DNA of 64,000 nt, taken from NCBI RefSeq assembly GCF_009914755.1, contig NC_060936.1; one strand, given 5' to 3'. Under the pieces are notes generated by a model that searched no databases, was not told the origin of the DNA, and worked only from the letters and a program-made list of their open reading frames with translations. Numbering within the stretch: position 1 is the stretch's first letter; each line of letters starts with the position of its first letter. This DNA comes from the human T2T-CHM13v2.0 reference genome, Homo sapiens. Both the position numbers and the translations under genes were made by a program. Positions 53,677-64,000 of this stretch are shown here, one piece after another.

Positions 53677-56600
53677 AAGATTTTTAATATGCAGAAAATT
53701 GCTGCTTAGTTATTTCAAGTTTTTCCTGATATTTGTTCTTCAAGCCATTTTGTAGATATTTGTTTGCTCTTTGACAAGTGCTCGTTTGCACAGTGGCAGA
53801 GAGAATTGAGTCTTACAAATGTGTAGTTCTTACTTTGTTTCACTGAAGGTTTCAATCACCCATTGAAGCTGGATTAGTACACAAAACCCGAAGAATGTAG
53901 ATGAGAAGATAGGACCTTGCATGTTGCACTGAAAATCCCATTACAAAGCCCCCAAAAGAGGCCCCACGAAGGTTGGAAAGTAGGTAAAGCAATACCAACA
54001 AGAGCTCTTTTTGTGCTGTTTGTATGCGTGCATGAGCCTAACGTTAATCAAATCCTATTTCTTGCTCTACTTTTTTTTGATCTATAAAATGTGGAGATAT
54101 GGCTTTCCCCAATAAACAGAGACAGTATGAAGATTTATAAAATATATTTGAGAATTGAAATATATTTTTGAATCTTTAAGGCCTCTCAAAAGAGATGAAC
54201 TATAGAAATTCAGTGTAACCTCATTGCTGGTATGAAAGTCACGTGATTTCAAATTTAGAGAAGAAAAAGTCTGGGTCCAGGTCCCGCCTCTGTCACTTGC
54301 TTGAGCAGATTGTTGATCTCTCTGAGCTTCAGTCGCTCATCCCAAGGTGCGGCTGAAGGAACCCCCTTATTTTCTGCTTTTCCTATCTTAGGGAGAGGTG
54401 GGGAGGACCAAATGAAGATGTTTCTGCGAGAGAGCTTCAGGAACTGTCAATTATTTCTCTAACCTCAGTTATTGCTTTTGTTATTATCTCCTCTGCTCTG
54501 CGTGTCTCTGGGGAGGGAGCTGAAAGGAAGAAAGGCTCAGGCGATGGTGAGGAGGGTGTGGAGTGACATTTCTCAAGAGGGGGCTATTTTGGGGGTGGTC
54601 CTCAGGCACCTCCAGCTGATGGAGCTGGTGTGAAGAGATACGCCTGTGACTTTTATCTTCCCAGTGTTGACCTGTTGTGGGATTTTTCTGGCCACCTTTT
54701 TCCCATCCTCTGGGACCTTATCTCAGGAGCATAATGAATTCAGCTTAGAGGAGGGCCCTGGGGGAGGGTCAGCTGGCCAGCCTCATAGGGAAGGTGGCCC
54801 ACTCCTTCCTAGAGGTGATAGAAGGACTCATGGCAAGAGGCCAAGAGTTGAATTCAAAACCCAGGTAATAAAGCCAATGGGGCAAGAGATCTGATCCTCT
54901 TCATCCAGATCCTTTGAGCAGCTGGGGACAAAGGATTTGTATTTCTATAGGTCATTTGTAAAATGCATGGTTATTTATATAGTTTTGGTAATTGAGTGTA
55001 ATGATAATGTTATGGTTTGACTTTTTAAAAAAACCTATCAGGCAGGAGAAACATTTTTAAATTATTGTCTTTTTTTCTCTTTTCTCTTATTTTCCTTTCT
55101 GTTTCATCTAACATTTATAGAGCTTCTGCTGTGTACCCAGGACTGTGGTAGGTGCCAGGAATACAGAAGAATAACACCTCCTCTGCCATCTAGGAATTTT
55201 AATGGGGTGAAACTAAGGGGTGGATGAGAAAGAAAGGAATGAACACTTGCTGAATATTCTTACTTAGCACACACCGTGCTTTTCATTTTCACATATATGT
55301 ATTTAATTTAAAGCTGCAAACAACCTCCACAGGGCAGCCAATACTACTACTACCAATACATATACATATTTTATTTCAGCCTCAGAATAACCCCATAAGG
55401 CGAACACTATTATCCTCATATTATACGTAAGAGACCTGAAGTTAAGGGAGTTCAGGAACTTGCAGTGAGTGGCTAAGCAGGCATTTAGACTCCAGTTCCC
55501 TATGTCTGAAGCCCACCAGGCCCCTCTGCCTCTTCTGAGCTACCCTGAGGATCCCTGGCTGTAACCCATAGACCAGCCAGGCCCAAGGTCTATGGGCTCA
55601 AAGCTCTTTGACCTTGAGCAGAGACTCCCTCTCGGACACTGAGTCCCAGCATAAGGCTACAGAGCAGGCTGGAAACAGGAGCTGGGGCAGATTGGGCAGG
55701 GCCCTGTGAGCCACAGGAAGGAGTTTGAGTTTGCCTGGTTTAACATGGGGAGTGAGGAGGAATAAACGGGAAGAACTGTGTGCTGGAAGCGAGAGAGGCT
55801 TCCCTCGTGCAAACTCACAATCTTCATTCCGGCTTGGTTGAAACCTAGACTCTTTATGCCTCAGTTACCCTGGCTGCGAACTGGGACATTAGAGAGAGAG
55901 AGAGAAAAAGGAGCTTGGTGTTTCTTCTTTCCCAGCTGTGGCCCGGCAGCAGGAATCCTGATTTGAACTCAGGTGACCAGGGCTCCAGTCCTGGTCCTTG
56001 CATTTGCCAGCTAAGTGGTGCAACTGTAGGCAAGCCAGCTTTCTCCTTTGTCAGTAGGAGGCTATTTTACACTTTGCCAATAGGGGGTTATCCTGAATAC
56101 TGAATGAGGCAATACGGAGTAAATGAGGTGACTGAAACTGGATGGATAAATGTGAAAGGAAATTGTAATGTTCCTTCTAGCGTGAGGCCACCATACCTGC
56201 AGAGTACTGTGCCCTGGTGACCTGCCAGCCTGGTATCAGGATGGTCTTTGGAGTCAGAAAACTTGAATTTAAAAATAATCCACTCTCCTTCTAACTAGGC
56301 TAACCATGTCAATCAACAGTGTCTCATTCCCTTTAATTATAAAATGAGAATGATCATTCTGGACTAATTATGCTCATTAGAAGTATTAAAGTAAAAGCAT
56401 AGAAAGCAGTTCTTGCAGGGCCTGATGCATAGCAGGCTATCCATCAACAGGGTTTTATGTTTAATCTAGGGGCTTGGGCCAGGAGCACTCCCTCTGGCTT
56501 TTGGAAGGTGAAGATTATCATGGGACACGTACATCAATCTGCTTGTGTTAGCTGAATCTTCCCCAATATTACAGAGCCGGACAAGAGCTTAGAAATCCTC

Positions 56601-57227
56601 CAACCTAAGCCTCTGATTTTACAGATGAGGAAGTTGAAGACCAGAAAGATAAAGTTCTGGTAATAGTTGTAGGTGGAGTTAGCTCCAGGGCCAGAATCTG
56701 GTCTTCCATCTCTTTCTTCTGAACCCAGCTCCCAGACTTCCGCCTTACTGTCACCTCTGTGTGCTCCTAGCCCAATGGCAGTCTGGCAAGCCAGCTTGCT
56801 TCTAGTGGCTCTGGGTTGCTCACTGGAGCAGAGAGAAAGCGCTGGAGAGGGCTGTGCTGTGGCTGGCCCGAGGAAGCATCAGAAGCAGGACCTTGAGAGG
56901 TTCTGGCAGCGGCGACCTACTTACAGAAGGGAAAATCAGAGGCTGGCTATGGTGCATTTTGTTGTTGGAGAGGCTGGCTCTGCTGTGATCCTCTTCTCAG
57001 CAGACAAATGTGCTGCAATTGGGCCTGAAGAAAAGTAACTAGGGTTGGAGCATTGTTCATGGTAACTTCAGGCTCTGCTGTCAGAGGTACCCATGCTTAG
57101 CTTAGACAACCATCCAAATGGAAAAGAGAAAGCAGGAGAAAGAAACAGAGGAAGCACGCTGGAACCCTTTTTGTGAAGGAAAGGAATGGGCGGGCAGGGA
57201 GTGGATGCTGAGACACCCAGCCTAACC

Positions 57228-57327
57228 ATTCCTACTGCAAACTCTATTCCAAATGGTGACAACTAGAATCTGCATGGCATTGCAGATTCTAGTTGTCACC
57301 ATTTGGAATAGAGTTTGCAGTAGGAAT
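57228..57327. repeat. Perfect inverted repeat: 47-bp arms, 6-nt spacer
   Basis: 57228-57274 is the exact reverse complement of 57281-57327; spacer TGGCAT. Confidence 0.97.
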
Positions 57328-58390
57328 AGATTATACATGGCTTTCGTGTTGTCTCATTTAATTCTCCACAGCAACACTAATGTGGGTATTTTTTTCTTTC
57401 AACAAATATTAACTGAGCTCCTCCATGTACGGGAGATAAGTATTGGGGCCAACCTTGTTACCTTTGTCTTGAATTACCAATCACATTTCATAGATGAAGA
57501 AACTGAGGTTCAGTGACTGACCCATAGTAAGTTATCAATAAACAGAGTCAGAAATCGGGTTTAGGACTCAAAACCTTTCCATCACACCACTAGGGGCATC
57601 ACACATCTCCCTCTTGCCCCGACCATCACACCAGAAGGACCCACAGAGGTACATGCACAAAAGCCTTGCATTTACAGTGTCCGACTCACACAGGTCCACA
57701 CATTGAGTCCACATCTCCTACTTGTACTATTTGTGAAAATACAACTAAATGCAACTTTGCCTTGAGATCTCATCTTTAAAAATGGAATCAAAGGCGTCTC
57801 CTATTCTGTCTCTGCTTCCAAGGATCAGGTGCGGTCAGAGTTATACATTCAGATTCCTAATTCAAGGAATGTACTTATTATATAAGCTGGGCATCAATCA
57901 GCATCCATGTATTGAGCACCTTCTAAATGCTAAACAGCAAACCAGACAAGTGAAGGGAACATGGGCATACAGAATGGCTTGCAATTTGTGTAAGAATTGG
58001 GGAAACCAAACTGGAGGAGGCCAATACTGGAGGCTGCTAGACAGGAGAGCAATGAGCTGGGTCTGAAAGCACTGGATGCTGGGATGGGTGCACAGGGGAA
58101 AAGTGAGCATTCCAGGCAAAGGGAACAGGCTTGGCAAAGGCAGAGAGGTCCCATCCATTGTGGTATAAGGCAAAGGCTGTTACCAGAGAGGGCTAAGCAC
58201 GTGAATACCCAGATCTCAAAACACAGAAATGGAGGCAATGGCCCTGGAGATCCATACCCTAAAGAGGTATGGGCTGTAATGACAGCAAGCCTTGGAAGGA
58301 CTAGAAGGGCACAGACCTCTTGGGCCCCACCCTTCAGCCATTTTGGATGCTCTTCAATTCTGGGCATGAGGCCTGGAAAAGTTGGGGAGC

Positions 58391-58418
58391 CCTGCAACAT
58401 TTCCACCAGATGGCAGTA
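58391..58418 (+). promoter_or_regulatory. Candidate CTCF site with upstream module
   Basis: Core CCACCAGATGGCAGTA from 58403, preceded by CTGCAACAT resembling the upstream motif. Confidence 0.55.
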
Positions 58419-61400
58419 TCTCCTAACGTGACTGTCCTGGGGGCCATGGAGGGGATTTAGCTTGCAAAGTGCCTGATATTAAGATTTAGAGTCCCAGGAG
58501 GCCATCCTTGTAGCCACAGTTCAGGCTTCTGGTTCATTCCCTCCCTCCATCTCCCATGTGCTTCCAAGATTTCATCCTGGGAATGGAAACTGTGAAGCTG
58601 TCTGAGGAACCCTCTTCAATTCATGCGGAGGATGATCACTCCCTCTCCTTTCTTTCGTGGTATCACCCTCTCCCCATTTGAGAACCTGAATGATGCTGGC
58701 AGGCTCACGCTTCCAGTGAACCACAATTACTTGTAAAGCAGAGCAGCTGGATCCCATGTGTGATCTGCGTTCAGTTTTGCCTTAACCCAGTGCAATTACC
58801 CGATGACCGCCTCTGAAATGTGCCTGCCTTTCTATCCCCTTCCTGTGAGCACACCCACCTGTGAGCACCCCCACCTGTGGGCTCCTGCACTGAACCCCTT
58901 GAAGGTGGGATGGGAGGACAGGTGGGAGTAAGGACAGATGGAGCCACCGATGAGCCAGGGACAAGATGCTTACTTAGCCGCTCATAGTGCTACACACAGG
59001 AGCGAGGAGCAGAAGAAGGGACAAAGAGCAGAAGAGGGGCAAGGTCCCCAGGGATTCCCAGTGTGCTTTAATACCATAATCTGCAAAGTACTTGGGGCCT
59101 TTGGATCAGTTTCAGAGCAGGAAGGCAGTTCATATGCAAATGAGATCATTTGACCATTCCTTGAAGTCAAAGAAGGTGGCAACCTTAAGAGTATAAATGA
59201 AATTATCTTCCTTTTCAGAGAAAGATTTTAAGACAACCACATATATTATTCAAACAAAGGGTGTTATTTAGCCAAAAATGCCCCAAAGACACATCACTCA
59301 GAAAGTGCATGCTTCACCGAGGGACATAGGACCTCCAGGACTTTGGTCAACATTAATAGTGGGGAAAAAGGTTCATCAGAGTACAAGACAGGCAACGGGA
59401 TCTAAGGATGGTGAAGGAAGGTGCCAGTTGGTTTAGACTGAGGCTCACCTCTAATGATGTGGTAGCCCAGGGCATGCCCCACCATGAGGCAATTTCGGTT
59501 CTTCTTCCTTCTTATATCTCCAGACCCAGCTCTTTCTCCAAGCACACTTGGATTGTTTTTAGTCACATGATTCCTTTAGAGCTCTGCACCCTCTTGCAGT
59601 CATTGGAAAAGTGATTTTATAAGCTAAAGAGAAGTGTACGTCAGGACCTTGGGCCTATACTTTTTGACATCATTGCAGTTGGTGCTTGTGTGTGACATAG
59701 TACGTCCAAGACAGACGGTATGCCATAGCGGAGATCCCATAGATTTGTAATCAGAAGACTGGAATTGTAGCCCTAGCTTAAAGACTGAAGACTTTTACAT
59801 CTTCATGCGTTTGTTTCTATAAAAAACTGATAGCAACTGAGTGGTTTAAATCCCAGGATTTTTGCAAACCTAATGAGTTCAGGTTGGTGAAAGCAACCTG
59901 AATCATTATTACTAAGATTTCAAGTATCTCCCAGATCTTTTATGGGGTTCTCCTTGGGAAATGCAGAAGATACCTTCCCCCATCCCTGGAACAAGTTCTG
60001 CCACACACTGAATGCAGAGGGACTGGGGTCTCCGCTACAGTGCATTGTGGGACTCCCTCAGTTCCTCTCCTCCATCCGGGGTTGTCAGCGGTGTGCAGTT
60101 ACCCAGTGGGCTGAGCTGTTCTGTGGCCCACGGCACAGTAGCAGTTGAGGCTCAGGCTGGTGCTACCTCTCTGAGCTGTAGTCTCTGCTGTCTTCCTTCC
60201 ACGGACTGCACTCAACCTCTGTATTCATCATAAAGAGCGAGTAGAAGGTCCTTACACTTGGGGTCTTCTACCTTCTTGGCCTGTTTATTAGTCCTTTATT
60301 TCTCTTCCTCTCTGCTCATAACAGCAGCTGATAGAGTTTCCTGGAAACTTCTAATGAAGACTGTGTGTTCTCATTTGAGTTCCAAGCAATAGGTGCTCCT
60401 GCTGTAAATTTTAAAGGCCATTTTGCTCAGTGTAGCAGTGAGTAATTCCACTCCAGGATGTGAGTGGGTGTAAACTCTAAGGATCAAGCTGGACTGTACC
60501 AGGCTCAGCCCACCTTCTCCAAGAAGCTCTCTGGATCCCCTAAGTCATGTCCCTCTGAAGTCCGGGGTACCCAACCCTGGCTCTGTATGACTCTCTTTTC
60601 ACTCATCAGCATCTGCCAGCTATCAGAGAAGTGTTGGTGCAGGCTGCAGGGGCAGGGAGAGGCTTGGTTTTTACTGATTCTTGCAGTCTCCTCCACCCTG
60701 TACGTATTCCAAGCCTTGCGCTTTGCAAAGAGCAAGCATTTAATAACATATAAATTGAGAATTATCTTGAAGAGGTGAGGTTCCCATCCCATGGCATTCA
60801 CGGTTTTATGAGGTGGGAATGGGATAGATACAGAGACGGAAAACCCAATCGTTAAATCAGGAATAATGGAAACATTAGGTTTCTTCCATCCCAACATGCT
60901 GTGGTCTGTGGGTAAGTTACAAACTCAGGCCTCTACTCTGATTGATCTTTGTCCCTTCCGAAGGGATGCTAGAGTGAACAGGGGGCTCGGTGTGTCTGAT
61001 CCTTACTTTTCGGAAAAAGGAAAGGGTAGAATGAAAGTTTCGCAGCAACAGGAAGTCAGGGTGCAAACATATCTGTTAAATGTTGGGAGTAGGTACCTCT
61101 GGATCCTGCTGATCACCCCTTTCTCAAGGAGGTGAAAAGGAAACAAGAGGGCTGCAGAGGGCTGAGGCCCAGGATTTTCTAATTGCCCCATAAGAGGATC
61201 CGGTCTCCCAAGAAAGCAGCAAGGTGAGTTGGCTCTCCTGACACGCACTGTTGGGCAAACAAGTGTGGATCCTGTGACAGCACCATGGGTGTGGGCCAAC
61301 TCCAACCCAGCCCTGGAACTCGGGAGTCCATAAGCGCCTGATCCAAATGCCAGATTCAAGCCCTAAGAGAAAGATTCCAGGGCAGTGAGGCAAGTCTTCA

Positions 61401-63665
61401 GCCAGCACTCCATGTCCAGGGCTTGGCAACCTCTCCACAGCAGTAAAGGCAAACAAGGTTGATCAATATGGATTGGTGTTGATACACCTTGAGGTCATAA
61501 TGTGGAGTGAAAAATACAAGATGCACTGCAATAGCATCCATGCAAACCTTTTAACCAGGTACGTGCACTGGTAGAAAAGTAGAATCCATGCATGAGAAGG
61601 ATGGGCACTGACTTCGGGAGAGCAATTTCCTCTTGGGAGGCAGGGTGGAGAGTGAGACAGGGCTTCCAGATAGGTTTTCGTGCCTCTGTAATTTTTTTTC
61701 TAAACAGAAATACTCAGAACAAATGTGTCAGGGTGCAAAAACATCTGTTAAATGTTGGCAGTAGGTGCAGGGATTATTTTCTGGTTATTTGAGAAATTTC
61801 ATAACAAACCATTTTTTAAAAAGGCCTGGGGGAAGAAAGAATTCTGCCAGTGAGAAGCTATACCTACACCATTTACTACCACCTGGTCATCTCCTTTCTG
61901 ACTGCATCTCAGAGCCACCTATGAAGCCTGGGCCCCAACTCAGGCACATAGGAGAGTCTCAGAAGACGCAGCCCATGGTGATTCTGACCCCCCCAGGGTC
62001 AGCTCAGACGTCTTAAGAACAGCTGCCCTGGTCTACCTGACTGTAAAGTCTATGCTGCAGGGTCTCTCAACCAGCTCTTGTACCAAATGTCAGCCTTTGG
62101 AGGAGGTCGACTTCTGCTCCCGTGTCAGAAGCTGCACTTCTACACTAGGTTTCTGCCAGGAGGCAATAGTTCCTGCTGTTGGGAGAACCCAGTGGCACTG
62201 TGCTCTGGCCACAGACAGTTAGAGCATCTGAGGCCATAGGGCTGGATATAAACCCAAAGCTCTCCCACTAGTTCCCTGCCAGGCTGCAATCACTTCTCAC
62301 ACCCCAGGCATGATGCAGGGAGAAACAGCCCCCATTCAGTAGTCCTGGGTGGTCTCCCCGTGGATCTGTTGGGGTCCCCCGGCTCTCACAAGCAGGGGTT
62401 TTTCTTTTATTTCATTTCAGACCTTCAAACTCCTCTTCTGAATCTGTTTGCTCTTGTTGAGGTCTAAAAGGAGGTGGAGAAAAGCCCCCAAAGGAATCCA
62501 TGCTAGTGCTTTCATGAAATGTGCCTCGAATTGCAGGCCTGGCTCCCGGGCTCACTATTTGTGTCTTGTGACCTTGGGTGCTCCTCTGTGGGCTAGGAAA
62601 GGCCCTTCGCTAGAGCCTCCCTGCCTGTCAAGATGTCGTGGGGAAAGAGCACTGCGGGAGACCCAAACATCAGGGTGGCATTTGTGCCTTTCTTGTAGTC
62701 AAGTGATCAGTATCACTTTTAGGTTCCCAGCTCCTTCCTCAGGGGCAGAATGCAATACTATGCACATTGCAGGTACCCAGTGTTTGTTGATGAGAGGAAT
62801 GAATGAGCGAATGGAGAATTTTGAGAAGCACGTGCACAACCTGGGAGCTAAGAGACTGTTATAATTAGAAAACCAGGGCTGGTGCTGGGAACCCAGTGGA
62901 GGGGCTGGTTCCCGGTGCCTCCCTATCAGACAGGGCTGTCCAGGCTCCCAGACAGCTGGGCCTGAGCCAAGACTCAGCACACTGGCTCTCAGTGACGCCC
63001 TGAGGGAAAAGTCATTCATCATAGAAGGTAATGGTGTGTGGAAGGACCTACCTACCCTCCCCCACCCCATCTTCCACAGACTAGTGGCAGTTTGGAAAGA
63101 ATCTGAGTTTCCCAAGAGAAGAAAGGCCAATTTTAGAACAGTTTTCCTTTTTTTCTAAGCAAGCTGGTGCTTAGGGCATTCTGTACCGGTTCCATGCCAA
63201 GGTATTTGAGCCTCCTCAGACTCTGACCCAGACCACTCCTGCCATCCCAGGTATCAGCTCCCCATCTCTCCATCTATGCCTTCTCTCTGTGTCACCCAAA
63301 GCAAAGGGCAGCAATGTTAATCGGGTCACTCCACGGCAGCCCTTAGTTCCCTGACCTCGGCCATGGGCTCGGTGCTGGCTCCCCCAGCTTCTCTGCAAGG
63401 AAAAGAGCCCTTATGAAGAATCACAGTGGTTCCTTCCTCTCTTCTACATCTGTCTAGGATAGGCATATGTCACAAGAAGTAGAATAATAGGAAAATAACT
63501 TGCCACTCAAAATATGGCCCCTGCACTGCACCAGCAGCCTCAGCATCATCCGGGAGCATGTTAAAAAACACAGAACCTCAGAACTGCTGAATCAGGATCA
63601 GTATTGTAACAAAATATCCAGGTGATTTTTATGCCTGTTAAAGTTTGAGAAGCAAGGTTTTAGCC

Positions 63666-63854
63666 CAGCGGTTCTCCAAGTGTAGTATGTGAACCAGGAG
63701 CATCAACCTCACTCACATGGGCACTTGTTGGAAACTCATGCTCCGGCCCCACCCTTGACCTGCCAAATTAGAAATCCAAGGGATAGAGTACAGCATTCAG
63801 TGTTTCAAAGCCTCCCAGATGGTTTGAATGCACACTGAAGTTGGAGAACCACTG
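63666..63854. mobile_element. MER5A-like element with intact TIRs; a second MER5 relic lies at about 63500-63660
   Basis: CAGCGGTTCTCCAA and TTGGAGAACCACTG are 13/14 complementary ends. Confidence 0.75.
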
Positions 63855-64000
63855 CTGCAGAGGGCGCTTCCACTTTAAAGATAATGTAAAAAGCAAAGAG
63901 AATGGCATTGAGTCAAACCAAGGTGGATGCAGCCAGGATACCACCAAGTGCTCACTTTGGGTCTCAGCAAAAACAGGAGCCTCAGGGTCCCTCTCTTCCC

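Overview
Primate genomic DNA, very probably human (it carries an AluYb8 with intact diagnostic positions), from the Shaker-cluster region containing the intronless voltage-gated K+ channel gene KCNA5 (Kv1.5; CDS 28549-30357, +) in a CpG island. It is the only credible protein-coding gene. The rest is repeat-rich intergenic DNA (Alu, L1PA, nested ERV1 LTRs, ERVL/MaLR LTRs, MER5/MER58/MER94, MIR/L2) plus a rearranged EIF3F processed pseudogene. I see no new multi-gene system. Points worth a second look: (1) this Kv1.5 is 602 aa with one copy of the 11-aa proline-rich SH3-ligand repeat, where I recall the 613-aa human reference has two; (2) an out-of-frame upstream ORF overlaps the KCNA5 start and stops in an ATGA overlap on Met14; (3) the EIF3F retrocopy is a twin-primed inversion that keeps the extreme mRNA 5' end and lacks about half the coding sequence; (4) a perfect 47-6-47 bp palindrome at 57228-57327; (5) several short local duplications (direct, inverted and chimeric) that look like template-switch insertions. 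Repeat family names and comparisons with reference proteins are from memory and need confirming by RepeatMasker/BLAST.
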